Origin: Candidatus Krumholzibacteriia bacterium
GTDB lineage: Bacteria > Krumholzibacteriota > Krumholzibacteriia > Krumholzibacteriales > Krumholzibacteriaceae
Assembly (NCBI GenBank): GCA_963836185.1
Contig: CAWIIQ010000002.1
Span: 160,001 to 224,000, forward strand
Direction of reading: 5' to 3'
DNA length: 64,000 nt
The notes under the pieces were generated by a model. That model searched no databases. It was not told where the DNA came from and saw only the letters and a program-made list of their open reading frames with translations. This document shows, piece after piece, positions 18,842 to 28,673 of this stretch. The translations under genes and the position numbers were made by a program. The stretch's first letter is position 1, and the number at the start of each line of letters is the position of its first letter.

Positions 18842-21010
18842 TTATTTCAGCGAGGCGGCAACATCGATCGCGCGGGGACTGAGCGTACGAGCCGACTCGA
18901 GCATGCGCAGCGCGCCGATAGTAGCTCTGGCACCGTCAACGACGGTGATATCGGGGGCTTCGCCTTTCCTTAAGCTTGTGATAAACGATTTCATCTGTTC
19001 GTCATAGCCCTTGTCGGGGAACATCTTCTTCGATGTTTTGATGGCGCCTCTCTTTACCAGAAGGCTTTTAAAATCCTCTGTGATATAAGCGCCGCCCTGC
19101 GTGAATACCTCGACCCGCTCTCCACCTGAAGTGCGGCTGCCGACCGTGCAGTATGTGAAGTTTCCGATAGAGCCGTCGGCAAATTGGAAACTCGCCGTCA
19201 TGTTATTCATCCCGATCGGCTCATCGTTTCCCATCGGGAGGCTGAATGCCGACACCCCGACAGGTTCAGACCCGGTGAGCCAGTACATAAGGTCGACGAA
19301 ATGGACCGCCTCCCCGAGGATCGCCCCGCCGAACTCCGGGTCCGCGCCCCAGAAAGATCCCGCGAGGCCGGGGGAGTTTATCCGGCAGTTCATCACAGCC
19401 GGCCCGGGCCTGCGGTCGACGTGACGCTTCATGGCCTTGTAGAAAGGCGCGAAACGTCTGTTGAATCCGACAAAGATCTGTTTCCCCGTCTCCTCGACCG
19501 CCTTGTACAGCAGGCGGCACTCCTCTTCAGTCAGGGCCATCGGCTTCTCGAGGAAGACATGCTTGCCCGCGTTCAGGGCGGCGAGAGCCTGGTCGAAGTG
19601 GAACTGGTGCCGGCTGACGATCATTATCATGTCCGTATCTTTATCCCTGAGCAGCTCATCGTAATCGGTGGTGCAGTATGACGCCCCGAACCGGGAGGCG
19701 TATGTCCTCCCGCGCACCCCGCTCGCCGAATAGACGGCGTGCAGTTTAGCTCCACGGGCCTTTTTCAATCCCGGCAGGTGGGCCCATCTCGCGATATTTC
19801 CCGCCCCTGCGAGAGCGACACGAAGATCGCCTCCGCCTGTGGCGGGAGAGAGCTCGAGTTTTCTGAGCGGATCGAAAGAGGCGTCGGGCCGGGGTGAATC
19901 GGCAGCGGGATATTTCAGGAGTACCGCGAGGCTGCCCCCCGCGGGATCGAGTATCGTATCGTAGGCAGCCGTAGCCTCATCGAGAGAGAACTCGTGGGTG
20001 ATCATCGGCTGGAGCTGGACCGCGCCGGTCTCGATCAGCCTGAGGAATTCCTCCATGTTGCGGTTCTCTGTCCAGCGCACGTAAGGCAGGGGGTAGTCTA
20101 CCCCGTGTTTCTCGTACTTCTCGTCATAGCTGCCCGGGCCGTATGCCCTGGCCATGAAGAGCCTTATCTCTTTCATGTACATGGGACCGTAGGGGAAGCT
20201 CAGGTCGACAGCGCCGACGTTAACGACCCTGCCCCTGTCCCTGCAGATCTCGACCGCCTGAACGGCGGGTGCGGCGGATTTGGCGGCAGCGGCTATTATC
20301 GAGCAGTCCACACCTCTGCCATCGGTCAGCGACTTGACCGAGTCGAGGAGGGAGTCTCCGCCCAGCAGCGTGTGGTCCGCGCCGAGCTTTTTCGCGAGAT
20401 CGATGCGGTCCTGCATAAGGTCGACCGCGATCACTACGCCGCCGTTTATCCTGACCAGCTGTGAGATCAGCTGCCCGACGATTCCCTGGCCGATGATGGC
20501 CACGGTCTCGCCCAGGCCTATATTTGCTATCCTGACCGCGTTCATCGCGATGCTTCCGAGTGTCGTGAAACAGGCATGCTCGAACGGAACTGCGTCCGGG
20601 ACCCGCGCGACAAGGTTGCGCCCGGTGATTATCGTCTCGGCGTGGCCGGTGCCTTCTCCGCCGTATGCCACACGCTCGCCGACCTCCAGGTCCCTTACCG
20701 TCTCATGCTTGTCGACCACGATGCCCGCCCCGGAGTAACCGAGTGCGGCAAGAGCGTCGAACTTGGCCATGACCTCGGAGATCGTGCTGACCGGGTTCGA
20801 TATCTTCATCACTTCCCAGATGAGTTTGAGCTGGGAGGGGTCCTCGGCGACTTCCTTTATTACCGCGTCCTGGTGGATGCTGGCGGTCTCCGTCCCGCTG
20901 CTGATCAGCGAGAAGATCGGTTTTATGAGGACGTGGTGTGGTGACGCGACAGGGTCCGGAACTTCCTCGACGATGATATCCCTGAATCCTTTTCGTACGA
21001 CCTGCTTCAT
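18842..21010 (-). CDS. Bi-domain oxidoreductase (MDR-like plus Gfo/Idh/MocA)
   Basis: SLISSGTE, LGYS.AG, GQGIVG, YGPG.YD, then GAGNIA, EKPM, GFNRRF, GEAVHF. Confidence 0.9.
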   Translation of the reverse strand: MKQVVRKGFRDIIVEEVPDPVASPHHVLIKPIFSLISSGTETASIHQDAVIKEVAEDPSQLKLIWEVMKISNPVSTISEVMAKFDALAALGYSGAGIVVDKHETVRDLEVGERVAYGGEGTGHAETIITGRNLVARVPDAVPFEHACFTTLGSIAMNAVRIANIGLGETVAIIGQGIVGQLISQLVRINGGVVIAVDLMQDRIDLAKKLGADHTLLGGDSLLDSVKSLTDGRGVDCSIIAAAAKSAAPAVQAVEICRDRGRVVNVGAVDLSFPYGPMYMKEIRLFMARAYGPGSYDEKYEKHGVDYPLPYVRWTENRNMEEFLRLIETGAVQLQPMITHEFSLDEATAAYDTILDPAGGSLAVLLKYPAADSPRPDASFDPLRKLELSPATGGGDLRVALAGAGNIARWAHLPGLKKARGAKLHAVYSASGVRGRTYASRFGASYCTTDYDELLRDKDTDMIMIVSRHQFHFDQALAALNAGKHVFLEKPMALTEEECRLLYKAVEETGKQIFVGFNRRFAPFYKAMKRHVDRRPGPAVMNCRINSPGLAGSFWGADPEFGGAILGEAVHFVDLMYWLTGSEPVGVSAFSLPMGNDEPIGMNNMTASFQFADGSIGNFTYCTVGSRTSGGERVEVFTQGGAYITEDFKSLLVKRGAIKTSKKMFPDKGYDEQMKSFITSLRKGEAPDITVVDGARATIGALRMLESARTLSPRAIDVAASLK

Positions 21011-21211
21011 TTTTAATTCACCCTTGTGATTGTGGTATTTTTCCCTGGAATGCTTTCCGGCTGCGTAAAATCCTGCTGTGCGTGATTCGAACGGACGCTA
21101 CCAGAACAGTAAATATACAGCAAGAAAAATACCATGCGGCACGTAAAAGGCGATACCGGCAGGAGTAAGGGCCTTTCAGCGCCTTCACCTGTGTGAAAAA
21201 ACTTGTTGCCA

Positions 21212-21227
21212 TGGCATAATTCTTGAT
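21212..21227 (+). promoter_or_regulatory. Possible sigma54 promoter (variant -12)
   Basis: TGGCATAATTCTTGAT upstream of the acyltransferase. Confidence 0.4.
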
Positions 21228-21313
21228 ATAACCTGACTCTGCGGAACGGTTATAATTGATGTAATTGTAAGGGGTTGATGAGATCGCTCCGGTATAACGG
21301 CCGGCGGGTGAAG

Positions 21314-22087
21314 ATGAATATCGAAGAGTTCAAGACGAAGATCAAGAGGAGGGAGTCGCCCTTCTACGACCGGCTCTACCGGATCGCGAAGTCGGGGCAG
21401 CAGATGGAGATGCCGTATATCCCCGGGCTGCATGATCTCGGTTATCACGAACGGAAGTTCAGGGTATCGGCCTGGCGTTCGTTCTGGCGCGTCGTCTACC
21501 ATCAGCCTCTCTTCCGCAGCAGATGCGTCGAGTGCGGAAAGCATCTCTTTATCGACAACACCGGACAGGGCCTTCCCTTCATAGAGGGCAACCTCAAGAT
21601 CCATATCGGGGATAACGTTTTTCTCTACGACAGGATCACCCTGGCGGGCCTTACTGTTTCCGATGATCCCGTTCTTACCATAGGTGACAATACGGAGATC
21701 GGGATGCCGCTCGCGATAATGGTGGGCAGCGAAGTGACTATCGGTTCGAACTGCCTGATCGCGTGCTCTCTTATCACGGACAATCCAGGACACAACCTAG
21801 ACTACAAGAAGAGGTTCCAGAAGCTGCACAAGATCCTCATCGGCAAGGTCAAGATAGGCAACTATGTCCTGGCGGCCCATCAGTCGATGATAGTCGGCAA
21901 CGTTACGATCGGCGATGGAGCAGTGATAGGTGTGAACAGCGTTGTGACCACAGACATACCGCCGTTCTGCGTGGTCGCCGGCAATCCGGCGAGGATTGTG
22001 AAAAAGCTTCGTTTCCCGAAGGAGATGCGAGAGGTGCTCGGGGAGGAAGAGTACCAGAAGTATCTCGATGCCGAGATCCAGCCCTGA
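21314..22087 (+). CDS. Hexapeptide-repeat (LbH) acyltransferase
   Basis: IGDN repeats and VTIGDGAVIGVNSVVTTDIP...VAGNPAR. Confidence 0.9.
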   Translation: MNIEEFKTKIKRRESPFYDRLYRIAKSGQQMEMPYIPGLHDLGYHERKFRVSAWRSFWRVVYHQPLFRSRCVECGKHLFIDNTGQGLPFIEGNLKIHIGDNVFLYDRITLAGLTVSDDPVLTIGDNTEIGMPLAIMVGSEVTIGSNCLIACSLITDNPGHNLDYKKRFQKLHKILIGKVKIGNYVLAAHQSMIVGNVTIGDGAVIGVNSVVTTDIPPFCVVAGNPARIVKKLRFPKEMREVLGEEEYQKYLDAEIQP

Positions 22088-22135
22088 CGGGAGAGGACCG
22101 GCGCTCCATCATTCCACATCACATTTCCAGCCGGA

Positions 22136-23512
22136 TCAGATGTATACCATGGCAAGGAACTTGTAGAGCACTATGCTGAAGCCGATTATGGCTATGATGA
22201 AGAGGATGTCTTTCTGGGTGAAGCCGCGGTTCTGCCTGACCGGAGGTTCACAGAACCTCAACAGAAGAGTTACAAGGGCGAAGATGATATACAGGACAGG
22301 GGTGTAGGCCTGGGAGAGGAAGACGGCGCTCGAGAGGAATCCGATCAGCGAGAGCTGGAGGATCTTCGCGTACTTGACGTAGATCTCACTGCCGTTTTTT
22401 TCTACTGCCCTGAGTCCGGCATAACTCGAGTATATAAGCGCGAGCCATACGCCGTATCCGAGGAAGCCCAGTTCAGACATGCACTGGATGAAAGCGCTGT
22501 GCGCGGCGCGTATGTGGTAAGCCTGGAAGTTAGCCGGCCCGACGCCGAACAACGGGTGCCCTTTGAGCATGACCAGCCCGGATATCCATGCATTCACCCT
22601 GCCGCTCGCGGAGGCCTCGTAAGGAGAGACATTGCCCATCCTGCTCGGCGCTAGTACCAGCGCGACTCCGATAAAGAGAACGCCCGTGACGATCCCCTTG
22701 AGCAGTCCCCACCTCTTGACGGCAAAGACCGAGAGGATGACGATCAGCGCGACATATCCTCCTCTTGAGTTCGTGTAGTAGATAGCGGCAAGGAGCAGGA
22801 GCGAGACGACCAGCAGCAGCATCTTCCGCTGCCTGCTGATCGAGGAGTCGAACAGGTTTATCAGTATGAACGGGATGAAGGCGTTGATCGCCAGGGCGTA
22901 GTCGTTCGGGTCGCCGAACAGGCCTACCCAGTGTATCCTGCCCAGGATCGGTGTGATTCCCGCCAGGTCGTACCCCCTGAAGTGCATGATCAGACCGTTT
23001 ATCGCGAGGGCGATGGTACAGCCGACGAGTGTCCAGCAGACCATGCGGAACTGGTCAAAGTTTGTAGTGAGGTTCACCATGATCATAAACAGCAGGAATA
23101 CGGTCAGCACTACATAGACTCCCTGCCAGTCGGGCGCTACGCCGAGGTTCACGATATGGCTGATGAATACGAGCCCGAGAAACAGCATCATAAGGATGCT
23201 GTTCCGCGAAGAGGCTATACTCATGGGCTCCTTGCGGAACACCTTGTGCACGATGAATGTGACGATGATAAGAACGGCGAGAAAGAGCATCACGCGCAGT
23301 TTCTGGAGAGCGGGGAAGATCAGCTGAAACTGAGCATAGATCATGATGATGTAGAGGATCAGCCCGGAGAAAGGCCGGAAAAACACCATCGCGCCGAGGG
23401 CCGCCGCTCCCATCAATCCAGCCGCGGCGGGAACAGAAGCCATCGCGACCAGCGAAGCGACTGCCGCCAGGACGACGAACAGGATGATTACTAATGGAGC
23501 GCTCTTTTTCAT
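22136..23512 (-). CDS. O-antigen ligase / Wzy_C family membrane protein
   Basis: Many TM helices; GDPNDYA, TNSRGG, SASGR..AW, HPLFGVG, AHS...E.G. Confidence 0.88.
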   Translation of the reverse strand: MKKSAPLVIILFVVLAAVASLVAMASVPAAAGLMGAAALGAMVFFRPFSGLILYIIMIYAQFQLIFPALQKLRVMLFLAVLIIVTFIVHKVFRKEPMSIASSRNSILMMLFLGLVFISHIVNLGVAPDWQGVYVVLTVFLLFMIMVNLTTNFDQFRMVCWTLVGCTIALAINGLIMHFRGYDLAGITPILGRIHWVGLFGDPNDYALAINAFIPFILINLFDSSISRQRKMLLLVVSLLLLAAIYYTNSRGGYVALIVILSVFAVKRWGLLKGIVTGVLFIGVALVLAPSRMGNVSPYEASASGRVNAWISGLVMLKGHPLFGVGPANFQAYHIRAAHSAFIQCMSELGFLGYGVWLALIYSSYAGLRAVEKNGSEIYVKYAKILQLSLIGFLSSAVFLSQAYTPVLYIIFALVTLLLRFCEPPVRQNRGFTQKDILFIIAIIGFSIVLYKFLAMVYI

Positions 23513-23525
23513 ATCGTTATTGCCG

Positions 23526-24650
23526 TCACTTCTTCCACCTCGCGTCGGCTCCACCTGTCATGTGAGTATACAGCGCGGCGACCGCGGCGGCATTCATTGA
23601 TATGAATACGGAGATGAAGTTGACCACCCTGTTGCTTTTCAGGCGGGCCGACTTCAGCGCGGCGGTGCCGATCGCGTACAGCGCCGCCTGCAGGATGAAC
23701 AGCATCCGGTACGGCGCTGACTCGATCATAGCCGACGATACCAGAGCCAGGATCATGCAGTAAGGGACGAGAAGCCTGAAGAGCTTGTGGGACACAGTCT
23801 GGAAGAATATCCTGTTCCGGTGAGGGTCGAAGAGCCAGTGGTTGCGCTCGAAAAGCTGGAAGTTGCCTGCCAGCGTCCTGACTTTTCTCCTGAATTCCAG
23901 CCCGATCTCCAGTGAAGCGGTGTCGTACGCTACGGCATCGCTGTCGAAGGTGACGCGGTACCCTTTCCTGAAAGCTCTCAGCGGGATCTCGATGTCGTCG
24001 AGGATCGTGTCGTCCGGTATTTCCTCGATCAACTCGCGGCGTATGGCGTAGATGGCGCCTGTGACTCCGAGGGTCGAGTCGACGTCGCTCTCCGATCTCC
24101 TCAGGATCTTCTCGTAGTGCCAGTATATCCCGACGCTTTTTTCCGTGATGTCGGTCGGCGACATGAATACGAGCTCGCCGCTCACCGCTCCGATCTCCGG
24201 ATCGTCGAAATTCCTGGCCAGCTTGCGCAGCGCGTCCGGTTCGTACATCTGCCTCGTGTCGGAGAATACGACGAGGCCGCTCTCGCACCCTTTTACGGCG
24301 ACGTTTATCTGGTGCGGTTTCCCGCGGTTGACGTCGTCTCTTATAAGGGTGATATCGTCGTATTCTTCGAGGATCGCGGTGGTCCCGTCGGTCGATCCGT
24401 CCGAGACGATGCGGACCGAGAAGAGACCGGCCGGATAATCGAGTTTCCGGCAGTTGTCGATCTTTTCCCTGATGATCCGTTCCTCGTTGTGGGCGATGAT
24501 TATCATCGTGATCGAGGGAAGCTCTTCAGCGCCGCCATGACGGGCGGGACGCCTCCCCTTCAGCCTTCCCGCCATGTAGATGATGGCAGGATAGAGGATA
24601 TACGTGTAGACGATAAACAGCACCGAAAACCAGAATGCGAACCGGATCAC
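23526..24650 (-). CDS. Glycosyltransferase family 2 (cellulose-synthase-like)
   Basis: AHNEE, SDGSTD, FSD, TGAIYAIRR, LDD, RKVR...GN.Q. Confidence 0.92.
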   Translation of the reverse strand: MIRFAFWFSVLFIVYTYILYPAIIYMAGRLKGRRPARHGGAEELPSITMIIIAHNEERIIREKIDNCRKLDYPAGLFSVRIVSDGSTDGTTAILEEYDDITLIRDDVNRGKPHQINVAVKGCESGLVVFSDTRQMYEPDALRKLARNFDDPEIGAVSGELVFMSPTDITEKSVGIYWHYEKILRRSESDVDSTLGVTGAIYAIRRELIEEIPDDTILDDIEIPLRAFRKGYRVTFDSDAVAYDTASLEIGLEFRRKVRTLAGNFQLFERNHWLFDPHRNRIFFQTVSHKLFRLLVPYCMILALVSSAMIESAPYRMLFILQAALYAIGTAALKSARLKSNRVVNFISVFISMNAAAVAALYTHMTGGADARWKK

Positions 24651-24682
24651 CTTGCAAGCCTCCTGTGGCCGACGGCCGTATG

Positions 24683-25696
24683 TCAGTCGTCAGCCTGTTC
24701 GATCGCTTTGGCCAGGCCTTTTCTCACGTTCTGGACAAGTTTGGCGTTGGTCTCTTCCTCTAGGCGTTCGATGGCCTCTTCACGTTCCATGTATCCTCCG
24801 CGTACGAGACCGGCCAGCTCGAACGCGTACGGATGGTAACCGAACCGCTCCTTGTGGACATCGATCCCGAGGGAGTTGAGCTGACAGTTCGTCGAGTTTG
24901 GATCGGTGTCGTCCGGCTTTTTCCATCCGAACGACTTGATCTTCTCCAGGATCTCTCTCTCATCGTATTCGAGGAATGCCAGCGGGCTGACGTTATGCGG
25001 GAAGCGATCTTCCATGGCGAAGTGCTCCTCGGTCAGGAAGTAGTTATCTATCTCCGGCCCCACGACGGCGTGCATCGGCCCGGTGAGCTGTTCCTGCATT
25101 CCCCTGATCATCGAGGGATTGTTCGGGAAGATCGACGCTTCGATGGGAGCCTGTCCCGGCGACCACCCGTAAGTGATCAGGGGGATGTTTCCCTCGATCG
25201 CCAGGCGGAGCGCTATGAACTTAACGATCCCCATGCAGGTCGTGCATATCGAACTGGCCCTCTCGAGCCCTTTTTCGGTGTAGATGTCCTCGTCGGCGCA
25301 CCGGAGGAAGAGCTTGCTGATCAGGTCGAGGCGAGGCTTAAAGATGATGTGGTCGATGCCGAGTCCCTCGACGACCTTGCGCGAGTTCTCGAGCGACTGG
25401 GGTGAGACGAATCCGTTGTCCATCGTCATGGCGAGGATCGACAGGTCGTACTCTTTTTTCAGGACGGCCATGGTATACGTCGAGTCCTTGCCGCCGCTGT
25501 ATGCCATCAGGGCGTCATAGCCGCCCTTGCGTTTCTTGCTTTCGAGAAGCTTCTCGAACTTGCCCCTGTACTTCTCCATCGATTGCTTGAGCCGTTCGAC
25601 ACCGCGGAACCGCCTGCAGAAATTACAGGCCCCTTCGTCGTCGAACTGGATTCCGGGGAATGTCTCGGGCAGTACGCATTTCGTGCATCTTATCAT
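24683..25696 (-). CDS. N-acetyl-sugar amidotransferase-like N-type ATP pyrophosphatase
   Basis: CxxC...CxxC N-terminus, PP-loop SGGKDS, CxxC, STNC. Confidence 0.75.
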   Translation of the reverse strand: MIRCTKCVLPETFPGIQFDDEGACNFCRRFRGVERLKQSMEKYRGKFEKLLESKKRKGGYDALMAYSGGKDSTYTMAVLKKEYDLSILAMTMDNGFVSPQSLENSRKVVEGLGIDHIIFKPRLDLISKLFLRCADEDIYTEKGLERASSICTTCMGIVKFIALRLAIEGNIPLITYGWSPGQAPIEASIFPNNPSMIRGMQEQLTGPMHAVVGPEIDNYFLTEEHFAMEDRFPHNVSPLAFLEYDEREILEKIKSFGWKKPDDTDPNSTNCQLNSLGIDVHKERFGYHPYAFELAGLVRGGYMEREEAIERLEEETNAKLVQNVRKGLAKAIEQADD

Positions 25697-25733
25697 CTCG
25701 TTTCCTTTCGTATCGCCGGCTGCGCGCCGGCGG

Positions 25734-26711
25734 TCATCTCATGATGAGCTCGGGAGCGGGCGGCATCGATCTGAGCATTGCCGTAGCGCTTTCCTTTCGC
25801 TCGAAATCTTTCCATGCCCTTGCGACCTGATCGATCGTCATTCCGAGCGATTCCGCGGTCTCTTCCTGGGGAATGCCGTTTCGCCGCGCGTAGAGGATCA
25901 TGTCGGCTGTATCGTAGGACATGCAGAAATAAAAATCCTTGTCGCTCACGGGGAGGCTGTACGTGTCGGGGCTGGGCGTCCTGTCAAGGACCTCCTGAGG
26001 CACCCCGAGATACTCCCCTAGCTTGAATACCTGGCTCTTGTACAGGTTCGTCAGGGGCTCGATATCGACGCCGCCATCACCGTACTTCACGAAGAATCCC
26101 TGTACCGTCTCTGGCAGGTTGGTCGTGCCGCAGACGATGTAGTAGCGTTTTTCGGCCTCGTAGTAAAGCTGGGTCATCCTGACTCTCTGCTTGACGTCGT
26201 TTGCGGCCATCATCGCGAGGTAATCGTCGCGAGCGAGCCGCTTCGATTCTATATCTCCACCCGGCATCTCGAGTTCGAGGTAATATGCGCTTATCCTGTC
26301 CCTGTCGAGCAGGTCCTGGGGAAGGGTAAGCCTGAATCTCTGTCCATCCTCGTAGTCGCTGAAGTACTTTCTGACGATCGTGTTTCTCACGTCGTAGACC
26401 CCGAAGGCCTCGACCATCGGGGTGATCTCGACTTCTTCGCACGCTATGCCGATCTCTGCGGCCACCGAACTGCCGTACTCGCGGCTGACGGGATCGGAGT
26501 CTTTCTCGGGCAGGAGCACGCCGAATACCCTGTCGGCGCCCAGGGCCCGCACGGAGAGCGCGGCCGCGACGGTCGAATCGATGCCGCCGCTGAGGCCTAT
26601 GATTATTCCTTTTCTCCTGAACACGCCCGTGACCTGCTCTCGTATGAAATCCACGAGCTGCCCGGCGACTTTTTCTGCGTCGAAATCAAGAACGCTTCTA
26701 TCGAATACCAT
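25734..26711 (-). CDS. NadE-like amide ligase, ACP-cluster paralog 1
   Basis: GLSGGIDS, KQRVRM, GTTN, FVKYGDG, LYKSQV, PSPDT; large insertion relative to housekeeping NadE. Confidence 0.85.
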   Translation of the reverse strand: MVFDRSVLDFDAEKVAGQLVDFIREQVTGVFRRKGIIIGLSGGIDSTVAAALSVRALGADRVFGVLLPEKDSDPVSREYGSSVAAEIGIACEEVEITPMVEAFGVYDVRNTIVRKYFSDYEDGQRFRLTLPQDLLDRDRISAYYLELEMPGGDIESKRLARDDYLAMMAANDVKQRVRMTQLYYEAEKRYYIVCGTTNLPETVQGFFVKYGDGGVDIEPLTNLYKSQVFKLGEYLGVPQEVLDRTPSPDTYSLPVSDKDFYFCMSYDTADMILYARRNGIPQEETAESLGMTIDQVARAWKDFERKESATAMLRSMPPAPELIMR

Positions 26712-28282
26712 TATTTCAATCCCTTCTTCGTGATCTTTCCCGAAGAGGTCATCGGAAGCGAATCGCGTATTTCTATCTTCCCAGGGACCATGAAGTCCTC
26801 CAGGCTGGCGCTGCAGTGGGCGAGTATCTCTTTCTCGGAAAGCTCCGAGCCCTCGCGCAGCACGACGAATCCTTTTATCGCCTCACCGAGCAGGTCGTCG
26901 GGCACGCCGATCACGGCGGCTTCGACAATCCCGTCCAGGGCGTAGAGCACGCTCTCCACCTCTTTCGGGCTGACCTTCTCACCCCTGCTCTTTATGATAT
27001 CGTCCTTCCTCGACACGAAGTAGAGAAAACCTTCCTCGTCCATCCTGAAGAGGTCTCCCGTGTAGAGTGATTTCTCCCATGGAAAGAGCCCCGCACGCAG
27101 CATCTCCGCCGTCTCCCCGGGCCGTTCCCAGTATCCCTGCATCACGTTCGGTCCCCGCACTACCAGCTCGCCGGTCACGTCCGGTTCCTCGATCAGACGG
27201 CCCTTTTCATCGATGAGGTAGACCTCCTCGTTCGGCATTCCCTTTCCTACTGATGCCGGCCTGCGCTCCAGCTCCGCCGGCGGCAGGTAGGAGACCCGCT
27301 TGCACTCGGTCAGGCCGTACATCGAGTATATCGATGCGCCCGGGAAGATCCGCTGCAGCCCCCTTATATGGCTGACCGGAAGGGCCGCGGCAGTGTTGGT
27401 CAGATATCTCAGCGATGGAAACTCTTCCGTCTCGAGCTCCTTGAGTTGAAGGAGGATCGCCGACATCGTCGGCACTATCGGAAAGCCCGTCACGTTTTCT
27501 TTCTGGAGCAGATTGATCGCCTGGTAAGTATAGTTGAATGATTTCTCGAGTACGACCGTTCCGCCGAACTGGGCCGCCATTATGATCTGGTAGAGGCCGT
27601 AGTCGAACGACATGGCGAGGACGCTCAGGATGATATCGTCCTCAGTGTTATCGAGGTAGGTCGTGATCGATGTGGAGGCCGAGACCATGTTCGTATGTGT
27701 CAGCATCACACCTTTTGGATCGCCTGTGGTTCCCGACGTGTAGACCAGCGCGGCGAGATCGATATCGATCGACCGTCTTTCGGGTCTCGAGTCGTCCTCG
27801 ACTGAAAGAGCTTCTTCCCATTCGATGAGTCTCATCCCGGCCGGCGCCTCTTCCCGGATCCCGTCGCGCATCTTTCCGGCGACGATCAGTGTGTCGAGGG
27901 AGGGGACGGTCCCGATGGCAGCCGAGACAGTCTTCCACCTCGAAGAATGAGTTATCAGAGCTGTGGCGCGGCAGTCGTTGAGTATGAATCCGGCCTTGGC
28001 GGCTTTGGTCGTAGGGTTGATCACGAGAAAGGTCGCGTCCGCCTTCAGGATCGCCCATATCGAGATCACGGCCTCGACCGAGTTGTACGCGAGAACGGCG
28101 ACTCGGTCGTGATACCCCACTCCGCTGCCGGTCAGCGTGCGTGCGAGCCTGTTGGCGCGGCTTTCGATCTCGGAGAAGGTCAGTCGTTCGTCGCCGCATA
28201 TCAGGGCAGTCTTGCCGGGCAGCCTGTCGGCGCTTCTTTCGAGGAATTCTTGCAGCAGCATAACCGGATTCCACGGCGTCAA
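26711..28282 (-). CDS. Class I adenylate-forming ligase, copy 1
   Basis: YTSGTTGDPKG, MYGLTE, TGD, RKDDIIKSRG, SGK. Confidence 0.92.
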   Translation of the reverse strand: MTPWNPVMLLQEFLERSADRLPGKTALICGDERLTFSEIESRANRLARTLTGSGVGYHDRVAVLAYNSVEAVISIWAILKADATFLVINPTTKAAKAGFILNDCRATALITHSSRWKTVSAAIGTVPSLDTLIVAGKMRDGIREEAPAGMRLIEWEEALSVEDDSRPERRSIDIDLAALVYTSGTTGDPKGVMLTHTNMVSASTSITTYLDNTEDDIILSVLAMSFDYGLYQIIMAAQFGGTVVLEKSFNYTYQAINLLQKENVTGFPIVPTMSAILLQLKELETEEFPSLRYLTNTAAALPVSHIRGLQRIFPGASIYSMYGLTECKRVSYLPPAELERRPASVGKGMPNEEVYLIDEKGRLIEEPDVTGELVVRGPNVMQGYWERPGETAEMLRAGLFPWEKSLYTGDLFRMDEEGFLYFVSRKDDIIKSRGEKVSPKEVESVLYALDGIVEAAVIGVPDDLLGEAIKGFVVLREGSELSEKEILAHCSASLEDFMVPGKIEIRDSLPMTSSGKITKKGLK

Positions 28283-28533
28283 GCCGTCGTCTGAGTCTTC
28301 CTGCTTATATAAGCAACGAGTTTGTTTACCGATTCGAAATTATCGGGAATCAGTTCCTTGTCCGCCACCTCTAACCCGAACTCATCCTCGATGAACCCGA
28401 CGACCTCGAGCACACCTGTCGAATCTATGATTCCCACATCGAAGAAGAGATCGTCGTCGTCGAGCGAGGCATCCTCGCTGCCGAACATGAAATTTTCGAT
28501 GATGAAATTCCTGAGTTTCTCTTTCGTATCCAA
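28279..28533 (-). CDS. Acyl carrier protein, copy 1
   Basis: Acidic 84 aa protein with GIIDSTGVLE phosphopantetheine motif. Confidence 0.92.
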   Translation of the reverse strand: MDTKEKLRNFIIENFMFGSEDASLDDDDLFFDVGIIDSTGVLEVVGFIEDEFGLEVADKELIPDNFESVNKLVAYISRKTQTTA

Positions 28534-28673
28534 TTAGTTCTCCTTGGTTTTCATCTGCCGGCCTCTGTCGGATCGCAGAGGAAATCATCCATATGCGGGA
28601 TTCTACAGTACTTGCGTTCATAAGCAAGAAAAAGTCCAAGCAGGGCCTTATAATGGCGGGAAGAACAGGTTTT

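Noticed and set aside
25734-26711. Housekeeping NAD synthetase call for either NadE-like gene
   Set aside because: Two paralogs, both ACP-linked and carrying an atypical insertion; gene symbol withheld.
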